Below, piece after piece: positions 12,898 through 25,483 of a stretch of 64,000 nt of DNA. The notes under the pieces were generated by a model. The model searched no databases. It was not told the DNA's origin and saw nothing but the letters and a program-made list of their open reading frames with translations. Each line of letters opens with the position of its first letter. Position 1 is the first letter of the stretch. This stretch comes from Mytilus trossulus (taxonomy: Eukaryota), in NCBI RefSeq assembly GCF_036588685.1, contig NC_086381.1:44268001-44332000 (forward strand), written 5' to 3'. A program made the translations under genes and the position numbers.

Positions 12898-15800
12898 ATG
12901 GCTGAAAGTTGTCAGCGGTATAAAGACAAAGTAACTTTGATTACTGGAGGGTCCAGTGGTATCGGCAAAGGTTTATTAGAAGTATTCGGTAAGTCTACGT
13001 CGGGGAGAACAAATAATTACGTTATAATACATAGATCACGTGATATGTACAAGTTATTATTAGCTGCACAAATGACCCATATTTACTTACGTGTCAAACT
13101 TATCTCAACTACAATGTTCATTTGATTCTTAATATTATGTAAAGTATAGATTTTGAATAATTTTAAATTGATATTTTGTTTCTGGTAAACGAGAGAGTCT
13201 TGACAAAGGCATAGTATACGTATACGTCTGATATATTTGTTGAGTATTATATATGTAACAGTTGTGTCGCTTTTCCTGGTATAAAAATATATAATTTCAT
13301 ATTATTCCATAGAATTAAATTTTGTACATTTACCAATTGCATTTACGATTGATAAATTATGTGAAAGCCTAGAAACATGCACATAAAAAATCATTTGTAG
13401 TCAAGGTTAGGAACGTTTAAAAATGCAGTAAAAAGCTTAAATTAACTTTATGTTCTTAAATCTTCTATGCTTCGAATCTGATTTACTTGTCAGAATTTGG
13501 ATTTTCTTTATGTCCCCTTTAATTGCGTTTAATTTTTTTAAATATCGCTTTATGTTTTGAGAAAAAAGACTTTTTGCAGGTGTAATGTTTATAAGCATGT
13601 TAATTCTTCATTTACACGCTATCGTCTAGAAGGCTGTTTTGGATTGGATGTCGCCAGTTACAACTGCGACTAAAGGAACTCATTACATTGTGGATTCAAA
13701 ATTCTATCTTACTCGAACTTAGATTATAATAAGCCCTCAGCAAGCGAAGGTGTTCTTTATAATACAAAAAAAAAAATTGGCACGAAAGACGTCAATTTTC
13801 TGCAGTTGTTTTTAAGCTCAGTTTAAGTTACTAACTTTCATTAAGGATGATTAACGATAATATGAAAAATATGCTGAAATTGGATGAAGGTTTAGTAAAT
13901 TTCAATGAGACCATAACAGGCATACCCAATCAATCATTTAAATAGGCGCCAACATTCACCAAACCTGAAACATAAGTGTTATATCACAACATAAAAGGAT
14001 ACACTACAAACACTTGACTCTTTCAAAAGACATATGAACAAAAACATGTAACCATAAACTGAACGAATAAATTTGATCTATGACACAATGTAAATGCGAA
14101 ATCAATAAAAACAAGGGGGTTACATGTAGATGTCAAATAATAGCAGAAAGACAAAATCAGATAAACAAAAATAATTGTGCAGTAAGGTAAATAATGGAGT
14201 ACGGAAAAAGTAAATTCACAAACATACTGAACTCCGAGGAAAATTCAAAACGGAAAGTCCATAATCAATTGGCGAAATCAAAAGCTAAAACACACCAAAC
14301 GGATTGGTAAAAACTGTCATATTACCGACTTGGTACATGCATGTTCTTATGTAAGTAAAATATACATTACAAAATAGATAATTTTGTTGTTTCATAGTAA
14401 GAGAACAGAAGCGAAATTTATAATCATTCCAAACACCAATCACAGGTCGAAAATATAAAAACAAGAATGTGTCCAAAGTACACGGATGCTTAACTGGCAC
14501 TATCATTTTGGCTTTAAAATTAGAATGATCATATCATAAGCAGCAAGTGTACTAAGTTTCAAGTTGATTGGACTTCAGCTTCATCAAAAACTACCTTGAC
14601 CAAAACCTTTAACCTTTAACTTGAAACCCCCATTTTCATTTTCCATGTTCAGTTGACCGTGAAATTGGGGTCAAAAGTCTAATTTGGCTGTAAAATTAGA
14701 AAGATCATAACATAAGCAACAAGTGTACTAAGTTTCTAGTTGATTGGACTTCATCAAAAACTACCTTGACCAAAAACTTTAAACTTTAAGACGAACGAAC
14801 GAAGGACGGACGGACGGACGGACGAACGGAGCCACAGACCAGAAAACATAATGCCCCTCTACTATCGTAGGTGAGGCATAAAAATTAGTGAAACGAGATA
14901 TACAAATAAGTAAACGGACATTAACAAAAATGCATTACAAATAGTGTCAACAGATCAGATTAACACAAAAGTACGATTGAAGAGTACTCATAGTTACTTT
15001 AAGCCAAACATTATTAATAATAAGAAGAAAAGTCATGTATCAGAGACTCAAATCAATCAAAACACGTACATCTATGGACAGTCAAAGAAGACATGACTTG
15101 TGCAATACCAACACATAAGTATCGACAAGTAGGATAGTTCGTTAGAATCTTTGTCATCACTTCACACACGGGCATGACTAGCTAGTTAAGATATATAAAC
15201 ACTATATGATTGAACCAAGGAGCTCATTTTGTTCCCACAGGAATGCTCACTGTAATAATAATGAGTATTGTATGCTTACTGGATTGTTTTCTCTTTCAGT
15301 TCGACATGGATCTAAAGTAGTATTTTGTTCCAATGACGGTAAGTCAAATACAAGTCAGGAATAGATGAAATATTATCAACCATTTATAGGCGGTAATTGT
15401 CTTTGCTATTTGCATGTTTTAAGATTAATATATTTATTAGTGAGTCACCACGTTATAAACGATTTTAAAATCGCAGGAGTTGTAGGAACAGCGTGCGTTG
15501 ATACGTATACGTGCCGGTGTTTCTACAACCCATATCCCAGGGAGTTCCAGCTCCGATATCCGCATACTACTATACACTAAGGGCGAATTTGATTTACACT
15601 TTAAAGAAGAGTTTTGCTTATAACCATATCTGTTAGAATTAAGGCGGGGTCATAGAGTAAATATATGTAAATTAAGGGTATGTTATACAAAGTTTCCCAT
15701 TGAAACAGGAAGATGGAGAAATGTACCACGAAATAAGAGAATTTGTCCACTTTTTAAAGCTGGTCTTGGGGATGTGTAACACTATATATGTATATTATGA

Positions 15801-18800
15801 AGTTAACTGAAGATTTAAGAGGGAAGTTCATACCTCCATATTATTTAAAATATCCAAATATAAAAAAAGTACTGGGCATGATTAAATATTGTAAAAATAA
15901 TGTGCTGTCTAAGCTGTCAATTTTTATTCAAAAGGTAGAAAAGATGCTTGTCTGATTTAAAATTGCAATAAACCAAGATTTATTTCTGGAGATGTGTAAT
16001 TTAAAAATGTATACTGTATGTATTATGAAATATGTTGTGAATTATATTGTGTATATGTTCCTGTTACGCAGTCTTCTGCGGCTGAGTTTACTTTAATAAA
16101 CTATGAAACTAATTAGTAGCGAAATACAAATCCGAAACAGCATAAAGATCAATGTAAACAAAGTCATATATATACACGCTCCATGTTTGTTGCCAATTTG
16201 AACGTAGACATTCATCCATCGTAGAAATTTCTGTTCATTTGTTGCAAATATAATAATGTTGAAGGTTTTAAATGCAGTTGTTTTTTAAATTTATTTCCCT
16301 CGGATTTGTAACCCGGATTTGTGTGTCTCAATCGGTTTATTACTTTTGAACACCGGTATGCTACTGTTGCCTTTATTTATCCAATCAATTCTATTAGAAA
16401 AACAGGGTAAAGCTGTTGAGAAGGAAATAAATGCAGCAGGTTATGGCGGCGAAACAACATTTGTATTTGCAGATGTTACTAAGGAAACAGACGTCAAGGT
16501 AAGTTCAAAGGTTATTTAATAATTTTGAATTAAAAATTATACACTTGTATGTCATAATGCGCGTCATTGTTTACAGTAAAAAGTAAAATAAGAAAAATGA
16601 ACTCTAAGGCATATTCAAAACAGAAAGTCGATTATAAAACGGCAAAACCGAAGTTTAAACACATATAACGAATGGTGACCATCGGTCATATTCCTGTCTT
16701 TGTACAGACATTTCCTTATGTCGGAAGGGGTGGATTAAATCTGTTTTTATTTGGCTTAACCTTTCACGTATGACAGTCAGACGCATACATTTTTAAAAAC
16801 TTTTAACACTTTTTGTACTTAACTTTTAAGTCAATTTTCTGAAGATCTTATATAGCTGAAAACACTTTTTTCAGACCATAATAAAAAACAGACGCACGAT
16901 TTGTCACCGTTGAATAACAGAATTTACTGCACCCCTGCACTTATGACATATATGTATCCCATAATAATTTGTATTCTAAACGCTTTGCTAATTACTATTC
17001 CAGCTTTTGGTACAAGAAACAATAAACAAATATGGTTTATTGAACTGCGTCATCAACAATGCCGGATACCGTGAGTAACTTGTATGTGCGTCTGACGTGT
17101 CCTTGTGGTCTTGTGTGGAATTTATGTTTTGTCTTCATCGGCGGGAGTGGTATGCGGTTAAAACTTCATCGGCGGGAGTGGTATTCAGTTAAAACTTCAT
17201 CGGCGGGAGTGGTATGCGGTTAAAATAGTTTTTTTTTAATTTTTGCTTCTTTCATAAAAAAAAATAGTTTTACTATTGTTAAAAATATATAGCTGCATTT
17301 CTATGTTAAATGTGCGTACCGAGTCTTGGAAATTATCATCGATTGATAATTTGATAGCGGACATGCGGGTTTAGTTTGATGTAAAACAGTTTTTTTTATC
17401 AAAAATATTCACATCTTCGTACTTGACAGGCATACCACATCATATAATAATCTTATCAATTGAAACACCTTTGGTACAAATATTGCTGTTTTATATGTTA
17501 GTTTTATGATAAACACAAATAGAACAAATTATAATTAAATATAGTATAGCATTTTTGTTAGTACTCTTGCTTTTCTTTTATTTTTATAAAATGTTTGCCA
17601 CTGAACGTTAAGCAACCAACAATCAACATATTTCAGGTAGCTCCTTTAGAAATGAAATAGATAAAAGTGTAATAATTTCTCAGAATTGAATATAAACAAT
17701 TTGTACCTTTTCTTACAATCTGCAAAGAGCTTTGTCTTACGATACTCCATACACCAGAAATCAATCAAATTGCAAAAGAATTATTTTTTTATTCATCATC
17801 CATAAATTAGACGGCAGATAAAAAGATTTAGGGTAGAAATTTTGTCATTTATTCTTTTCGATATGTTAAAATATTATATTCGCCCAACTTTCTCTACATG
17901 TTTATTCGAAGAACAATTCTACGGAAATATTATGTTCGCCTAACTTTCTCTACTTGTTTATTCGAAGAACAATTCTATGGAAATATTATGTTCGCCTAAC
18001 TTTCTCTACTTGTTTATTCGAAGAACAATTCTATGGAAATATTATGTTCGCCTAACTTTCTCTTTTTTGTTTATTCGAAGAAGAAGAATATGGATATGCT
18101 GCTATCAAAATTTTAGAATTCCGTTTTCGACTTTAGCATTTTTTCTTTGTTGCAGATCCGCCATACCAAACAATAGATGATATATCCAAAGAGGATTTTA
18201 CTAAATTATTTGATTTAAATGTTGTTGGATATTTTCTGATCTCTAAGGTTAGTTTTGTGATTTTGTCTGCTATATGATGCAAACCAAACAGATTGGTTTT
18301 TATCCGAGTAACATTTTACTGCCGTCTTTTTTTTTTTTTTAATCTATACAATTTTACAGCTTTTGACGCTACACCGCGGCGTTTAAGATAGATGTGCGGA
18401 ATGATATAAATGTATGATAGCTTTTAGAGCATACACACTTATGGCCTGAATTAAAAGCCGCTCTTTCACCAGAAATATTATCATTCTTTGAAGTTTCGTT
18501 TTCTTTTGTTGTATTATAGGTTAACAGTCACGTGTACCCCTCTGTGTTATTGTGCTAGTGACAAAGTTTGCATCTAACAAACTTACAACTAGTATATATT
18601 TGTTTAGGGGCCAACTGAAGGACGCCTCCGGGTGCGGGAATTTCTCGCTACATTGAAGACCTGTTGGTGACCTTCTGCTGTTGTTTTTTTTTTATTTGGT
18701 CGGGTTGTTGTCTCTTTGACACATTCCCCATTTCCATTCTCAATTTTATTGTATAACTGTAAACTGTGTATCTCATTGTAGTATGCTTTACCACATCTAC

Positions 18801-20879
18801 GTAAAACTGAAGGCAATATCATAAACATTGCAAGTATGGACGGCCATCATGCTGCGGGAGGATCAACTAGTTATGTTGCAACGAAAGTAAGTAGATTTGA
18901 GGATTCTGGAGTAGTTACACGATAGCTCATCTTAAAACTAAATATGTGTTGTTTTAATTTCATGGTGAGGTACAAGTGTTGACGTTTCCTTATATCAGTA
19001 TCAGGCTATAAGAAGACTTACTAAAGATTGCACAGAAGAAATTCCGTAATTCGAATCATTCAGGTTGAATTTGGACTCTGGCACGATAAACACCAAAAGC
19101 TTTAGTTTCATAGATATTTATTTTATTTTATTTTCCTTTTCGAATTACTGTTATTTTTAAATTGCATTGTTTCCTTTTTATATCTTATAAGCCAAATCAG
19201 TCAATAAATAAATCATTTGAAAGATGAGTTTGAATGGTTTTACACTATTAATTTTGGGGGCCTTTTATAAGTAGCTGTGCCGTTCGGTGTAAGCCTAGGC
19301 TCTGTGTTGAAGATCGTAATTTTACCTAGTATAATGGTTTACTTTTATAAAATTTGACTTGGATGGAGATATGTATCATTTGCACTTATACCACATCTTC
19401 CTTTATCTGAATACATATTTTTCTTATTCGTTTTTGTTTTGTTTGTCTCTTGCTGCCGTGTTTTGGTGATGTCAATAGCATTTGTGTCCCTGAAAGTCTA
19501 TGAATAGTGGTGTTGTATTTTCTTTGTGAAATATCGATAAAAATTAAAATTTGTTAACTTTTTAACTTTTTGTTGACAGGGTGCTGTCCTAGCCATGACA
19601 AGAGCACTAGCCATTGACGAAGCGAAGTACAATGTACGAGTAAACTCGTAAGTTATTCTATATGTCAGATAGTTATTTGATCGTTTTCTTGTACAAGTAT
19701 TTCCTTATCAAGACAACTTTCCCATTTCTCCATCAAGTTGGAGGTAAAGTACATTTATCGGTATAGTTTCATTAGACTCGGGTATAGCTTCATTGATATA
19801 CAATCTTTGCGTTACAGTATGATACAAAAATTCGAGTTTCTTTCTGTGCAATTTTCAAAATCAGCAATATTTAACATCGAAGATAAGCGTGCTAACCAAA
19901 AGTTCATGCTGATTTTATATAGTAAACCTCAATTTTTGAAGCAAACAACAGTTAGAGGAATGGCAATGCCAAGAATATAGTACACTTATTTTTTTCAAGT
20001 TTTTATTCAATGCAATTCTAATATCATGACTCAGTTTAAACTATTGCATATATATTATTATTTCATAACTTATAAATTGTCATGGTTTCACTTTGTTTTT
20101 CCATGTTTGTTATAGAATTTCTCCTGGAGCTACAAGTTCTCCTCTCCTCTTAAAAATGGTCGATATATCTCCAGATCCTGAACAACAGATGCAGCGATAC
20201 AAAGATGTTTCTGTATGTATATTTTATACATTCTATAGTATATAAAATTGTAAAATTGTTAAATGCATGTAACACAAAAAGGGAAGTTCCAAAAGTTCAA
20301 TCCGTCTTTCGGTTTCTTCTTATACGTCAATCCATCGCACAAATTGATTTTTTATTGACTTTATTGAATAACTACAAATGAATCCAAGAAAAATGCCAAA
20401 TTTTAAAATTATTTGCTGAGAATATTAAGGTCAACTACATGTATACGAGTTTGCATCAAATTATGAATCTGAAAACGGAGAAGACGATAAAGTTCATTTA
20501 AAATGAAAATCATGAAGGACAAGACAAAACAGGAAAAATATTATAAAAAAGGTTATTTAAATGTTTTTGTAGATATATTAAAATTTGGTTTGTTTCACAG
20601 TTCCAGGATTTTTTTTCCTCGTTTTAGTTTTTGTTGCTGTATATGAAACGAGTCTCATAAAAACACCTCAGACTATGTGGTCATTTATCTATCAACTTGT
20701 AATGATTTATCTTAAAGGTGCTAGGAAGGATTGGACAGCCTGAAGAGATTGGGATGACAGCGTTATATTTGTCAGCTGATGCCACCTTTTGTACTGGGAT
20801 TGACATTCAAGTGTCTGGAGGGACACCATTGAACTATGCTGATAAAAATATGAGGAAGGAAAAGACACTGTTTATCTGA
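12898..20879 (+). CDS. HSD17B14: Short-chain dehydrogenase/reductase, 17-beta-hydroxysteroid dehydrogenase 14 / L-fucose dehydrogenase-like; 9 exons, 273 aa
   Basis: Exons 12898-12988, 15300-15338, 16398-16498, 17004-17070, 18156-18247, 18782-18886, 19580-19647, 20116-20212, 20718-20879, all GT-AG and phase-compatible, total 822 nt. Motifs: TGGSSGIG, ADVT, VINNAGYHPP, NIINIAS, YVATK, NVRVNSISPG, LGRIGQPEE, ATFCTGIDIQVSGG. The NNAG.HPP, YVATKGAV.AMT.ALA.DE and FCTGI...GG motifs match what I recall of HSD17B14. AATAAA at 20976-20981. Confidence 0.93.
14458..14884. mobile_element. Non-autonomous Helentron-associated (HINE/pearl-like) element in SDR intron 1
   Basis: A-rich ends, two internal ~110-170 bp core repeats (aagtgtactaagtttc...ctaccttgaccaaaa), a (GACG/GAAC)n microsatellite at ~14790-14830 and a terminal palindrome atgcccctctactatcgtaggtgaggcat. 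Confidence 0.7.
17133..17225. repeat. 31 bp minisatellite x3 (intron 4)
   Basis: cttcatcggcgggagtggtatgcggttaaaa at 17133, 17164 and 17195. Confidence 0.95.
17868..18083. repeat. 56 bp minisatellite x~3.8 (intron 4)
   Basis: Unit aaatattatgttcgcctaactttctctacttgtttattcgaagaacaattctatgg; cgcc recurs at 17881, 17937, 17993 and 18049. Confidence 0.93.
18586..18748 (+). mobile_element. Terminal fragment of the Penelope-like element (same as 48077-48247) in SDR intron 5
   Basis: actagtatatatttgtttaggggcca.ctgaaggacgcctccgggtgcggg...ccattctcaatttt is nearly identical to 48077-48247 and 49070-49227. Confidence 0.88.
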
Positions 20880-22177
20880 ATTGTTTTGCTAGACAAACGA
20901 TGAACGATCGATTGATAAAGTTTAACTAGCTTTGCACTTTTAAGATAATGTAAAAAAAAAATACTGAAGATTATAAATAAATATTAGATCAAGTCATACG
21001 TGATCATTTGTTTTCGTCTACGTCATTTGAACTCTTACTAATTATAGTTGTATGGGAGATATACCGTTGAACATGCAAGTTAGTGTCAAATATATAGTAT
21101 AAAATTTTATCAAACGTAGACCTATAACACTATAAGAAATACAAAGGAATAATAAGGAAATCAAATGTCTCTAATATAGTTTCTGTTTGTTGATTATTTG
21201 TACATGCCACAACTAAGAGGTGAATTTCCCTTGTTTCTGATTTTCAACGGTTTGTATTTTCTCACAGTATCACAATAAGAAGTAAACTACCTTGAATTTG
21301 AGTATTCAAAAATAAAACAAATGATCAGAAAAACAAACTTATATGTACATCAAATCAAAATCCTGTCGCATATATTTTTTTGGGGGAAAATAATATTAAT
21401 ATCAAGTTTGAGTTATTTAAGATTCGGTTTATACATGCACAATTTTCCATTGGATGACTTCTTAAGTTGAATCATTTTAAACATAATTTGATTTTGTTAA
21501 GGAATATTCCTACTGTTACACATCTTTTTAAAAATAAAATCAAACTTTGTGCAAAATGAATCTCTATGTATTATTACTTGATAAATTATTCTGATATACG
21601 CCAAAATATTGGTAAAGCTAATAATGTTCATATATTGATGTGAATTTTAGCAAACATTCATATGGATGCTTTTTCCGAATATGTACCTACTATGAAATAA
21701 ATTAAGGGGAAATAACCCTATCTCTTTCATTTATTTACTGATGCATTCTATAAAGAAATCATCATTTATTCTGTGTCTTCTCTCCAAACAACATAACACC
21801 AGATGTATATGATGATCAATTCATTTCCGAGTCAATGAATATTCCCGCTTTTTTTTCACATGTTAATATATGGAATCGCCTGTGGTCAAATTGTGTATTA
21901 CTTCATTGATGAGATCAATCAAGGTTTATTGACATATATTACACTGTTTACAATTCTTTCAAAACATACATAACGAAATACTTGTGAAATGACAAATGTT
22001 GTTGTTCTCAGGTGTCCATACTTAGCCGAAAAAAATCAGGAAAATAAATGATGATGATTCTTTAACGTAAATTTAATGTTGTTAATCACCTACTTAATCA
22101 AGTACTAATCGATCACTAATCGCTCGAATACGGATCTTGTTTTATAGTGCATAATATGAGATAAATAAACAGTAAAT

Positions 22178-22362
22178 TAGACCGTTGGTTTTCCCTTTTG
22201 AATGGTTTTACACTAGTAGTTTTGGGGGCCTTTACAGCTTGTTGTTCGGTGTGAGCCAAGGCTCCGTGTTGAAGGCCGTACATTGACAAGTAATGGTTTA
22301 CTTTTATGAATTGCTATTTGGATGGAGAGTTGTCTCATTGGCACTCACATCACATCTTCCTA
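22178..22362. mobile_element. Interspersed repeat fragment (SINE-like or non-autonomous retroelement tail)
   Basis: Similar to 19228-19408 and 12445-12523; reverse complement of 56881-57070. Confidence 0.75.
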
Positions 22363-22560
22363 TGTTGAAGTAAGAATTGCAACATAAATAAAAGATAAAT
22401 AAGTAGTCCAATGTTTAACAAATTTCTGATAAATAGTACCTATAATTTTCATTTATTTTGTTAATAACATGTGCACAATTTTGTATATGTATTGCCTCTG
22501 TCACAAAACGATCGTTCATGTTATAACTACTTTTTTGGTTGAATAACTTTTTTAGAAAAC

Positions 22561-24169
22561 TGTGACGTAGAAAATATTCGTTCAAAATAGAATAGAAGAA
22601 TATTTAATAAATGAAAGTATATTCAATAGATAGAACAAAGACTTGTTAAATTTACAATTAAATAAAGAGGTTCATATTTTAAGAGAAACATAATAAAATT
22701 GATTTAAAAAGTTTTAAACCAAGTTACAACGCAATGTTATGTAACAGGAAATTATAGAAAACATTATCAAAAAGATTGTGACATGTTAATCCCCCTGAAA
22801 TAAATTAAGCTTTAATAATTATGAAAAGGGGCACATTTTAGACAATAAATCATTATCAATAGGGATAGCGTCCCGCCGAAGGCAAAGCGATTATTTTATA
22901 AAAAAATAATCGTCTATTGTATAATAGGTTTTAGGGAGGAGTAACTCAAATTAATTTTAAATTGAGGAATAAATTATCTTGTGATTGGACAAACAAATTT
23001 AGGTTGATCTTTGAGTGACCACGTGGAAAAAAGGTTTTAAGGGATAAATTTTGATAATAAACTTCACTTGGTCACTTGATAGCAAGAATAAAGATATAGC
23101 CTGAATTTGTGTCCATTATATTTAAGGTATGTAAAGTATAAGTGTTAACAATTAATTAAGAATAATAATTTAACTCTTAATGGATTTATTTTGTTAAATC
23201 AAATTAAAGTAAAAGAACCTTTTCAGTTACGATAAGTATATTTATATAATTTGTAAAGTTTATAGGTTTGTTGAATATTAGGTAATTCAATCAAGAATTT
23301 AAGCATATAATAAGTTCCGTAAAGATTACATGTTTGCAGCTATTGGTTTTATTTTATAATATTAAAGGGACATAATTTGATATTGTTTAGAACGATACTC
23401 GTTTGAAGAAAACAATTTTAGAAATAATAAGAACCAAAGGAATATTTAAAATGATATTTATAGATAAGTTCAACTCTAAGATAGTCAGGAAACTGAACAA
23501 TAAGCAGTAAGTCTTGGGAAGGCGAAAATAATTAGGTTTGATCAACAAGAGAAAATGTTTATATCAACGGGATACTAGGACTGTAAAATAATGTTTATTA
23601 CTTAAGAATGCAAAGATATAAGTAAATATATATTGCTCGAAAGTCCTTAATTAATTATGTCTTTCAATTCGGATCATGCATTTTATAATATAAGTTATTT
23701 ATTTTTATAAGAAATAAAATATACTGCCAGTTCAATTTGAGCTTGAAATGTGAAGATTATATATGAGATTGAGATATACAATTTTACAATGTTCATTGTT
23801 AAAGGTTTATAATAAAGTATTTAGTTTGACAAATAGTCAGGGACTATCCAAATTGAGTGTTAACTCTAATTTCATATATATATTTAAGAATGTAAAGATG
23901 AGAGTTAGTTCCCTTGTTAAAAGATGATTTTGGAATATGCAGAATTTATATTTAAGGTTCTTTATATGCATGTATGTTTCTTTTATTTTTGATATCGTTA
24001 ATTCATAATGTATGTACAATTGTAATTAAATGTTCATGATGTTCACTTGGTCACTTGATAGCAAGAATAAAGATATAGCCTGAATTTGTGTCCATTATAT
24101 TTAAGGTCCAGCGGCAAAAAGTTATCAAGTATAGCACGATACAAAACACCCCCAAGTATCGACACAACA
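22561..24169 (+). repeat. 5' LTR (1609 bp)
   Basis: Starts tgtgacgtag, ends gacacaaca; repeated at a constant offset of 11184. Reverse CCAAT (gattgg ~22983), CACGTG (~23020) and GATAAA (~23043) precede Inr-like TCACTT at ~23064. Confidence 0.97.
23063..23128 (+). repeat. 66 bp LTR-internal direct repeat, copy 1 (copy 2 at 24042-24107; 3' LTR copies at 34247-34312 and 35226-35291)
   Basis: ttcacttggtcacttgatagcaagaataaagatatagcctgaatttgtgtccattatatttaaggt is identical in all four places and contains AATAAA. Copy 1 continues as the splice donor AAG|GTATGT. Confidence 0.95.
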
Positions 24170-24173
24170 GATT

Positions 24174-24182
24174 TGGTGGAGG
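24174..24182 (+). promoter_or_regulatory. Primer-binding site (TGGTGGAG; possibly tRNA-Ala)
   Basis: Lies 4 nt after the LTR end; complementary to a tRNA 3' end ...CUCCACCA. The tRNA identity is tentative because the match is short. Confidence 0.7.
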
Positions 24183-24214
24183 AGAGAGGAAAGAACGGTA
24201 CCTAAAATTTAGAA

Positions 24215-25483
24215 ATGCCAAGCACCCCCCTAAACAGAAACTTGCGGTCGACCAACAAAACCACAGAAGGAGACCAGCAAGCAACAGAAAGAATCATAAC
24301 AACTGAACCAACTCAACGTAGAACAGAAAGTGTTGGAACAACAGCTGGTACAAGTGGAATTTCAACAACTAGTACAAGTGGAATTTCAACAACTGGTACA
24401 ACTGGAACTACAACAACTAATAATAGTGACAACACAACAACTGGTACAACTCAAGTTACTACAGTGGAAATACATCCAGAAAGTGACACACAAGGAATAG
24501 TACAACATACAACCATGCAACAACAGGACCAAGCACAACAAAATCCACAGGTACAACCTTTTATATTTAATGCAACAGCACTCCTTCAACCGTCAATATA
24601 TGACGGATCTTCAAAACCTTCATCATGGATTTCCCAATTTTCATCATGGACTAAACTACAAAACCTAACAGACAAAAACGCCATAAATGCGTTAACATTC
24701 TATCTAACTGGTTCAGCAAAAATTTGGTTTCAAAGTTTGCCAGATTCAGCAAAAACAAATCTAGCATCAATTATAAAACTTCTAGAAGTAAGATTTACAA
24801 CATCAGATGATGAAGATATTCTAACAACACAAGCAACAAATGAAAGTGTACATGAATTTTTAGACCGACTTACTCTTAAAGCTACAAGTCAACGCATCCC
24901 AGAATGCTTAGTTCTAAAAATAGCAAGAAAAGGGTTTAAACAGGCCCTACAACAATCCATTATACAGCAAAATCCGAAAAACATGGCCGAATTAAGAGAA
25001 GCCGCAGTCATTGCAGAAAAATGCTTAGCATCAAACATCAGTCAACAAATTTCAATCAATGCCATTTCACAAAATGACTTTAAATCATTAAGTGATACAA
25101 TTAAATTATTATCTGACAAGGTAGAAAATTTAAATATTGAAAATCAAGAACTGAAGGCCAACTTTGGCAAGGCCAATCAAAATTATCAAAACAAGCCAAA
25201 TTGGCAAAATAATAGAGCGCCTGGCAGAAACTTTAATGGTCAAAGAAATTTTCAAAAGAATTCAACTTATCAACAAGCTAGACCAGCTTACAATTCAAAT
25301 GCCAGCTGGAACTCATATAATAAAACCAACACATGCACAGCATGTGGCAATATGTCATGTTCAGGCAAAAGGGAAACTTGCGATGCAAGTGATAAAAAAT
25401 GTTATAAATGTGAAAGAATTGGACATTACTCAAGGCAATGTCATAGTATCAGAAACATAAGAGGCGAAATTATTAGGCACTAG
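24215..25483 (+). CDS. gag: Gag (422 aa): Thr-rich N-terminus, capsid-like region, coiled coil, C-terminal zinc knuckle
   Basis: PSIYDG...W...F, LTGSAKIWFQSL and QATNESVHEFLDRL are retrotransposon-gag-like motifs; CYKCERIGHYSRQC is a CCHC knuckle; the ORF directly follows the PBS. Confidence 0.93.
   Translation: MPSTPLNRNLRSTNKTTEGDQQATERIITTEPTQRRTESVGTTAGTSGISTTSTSGISTTGTTGTTTTNNSDNTTTGTTQVTTVEIHPESDTQGIVQHTTMQQQDQAQQNPQVQPFIFNATALLQPSIYDGSSKPSSWISQFSSWTKLQNLTDKNAINALTFYLTGSAKIWFQSLPDSAKTNLASIIKLLEVRFTTSDDEDILTTQATNESVHEFLDRLTLKATSQRIPECLVLKIARKGFKQALQQSIIQQNPKNMAELREAAVIAEKCLASNISQQISINAISQNDFKSLSDTIKLLSDKVENLNIENQELKANFGKANQNYQNKPNWQNNRAPGRNFNGQRNFQKNSTYQQARPAYNSNASWNSYNKTNTCTACGNMSCSGKRETCDASDKKCYKCERIGHYSRQCHSIRNIRGEIIRH

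Noticed and set aside
12766-13125. 119 aa ORF as a standalone gene
   Set aside because: Only 12898-12988 is SDR exon 1; the rest is upstream sequence and intron. The same applies to ORF 16319-16519 (exon 3).
18604-18828. Similar short ORFs at 18604, 48071 and 49065 (MEMGNVSKRQQ / ENGNGECVKETT)
   Set aside because: These are translations of the non-coding PLE terminal repeat; frames are not conserved between copies.
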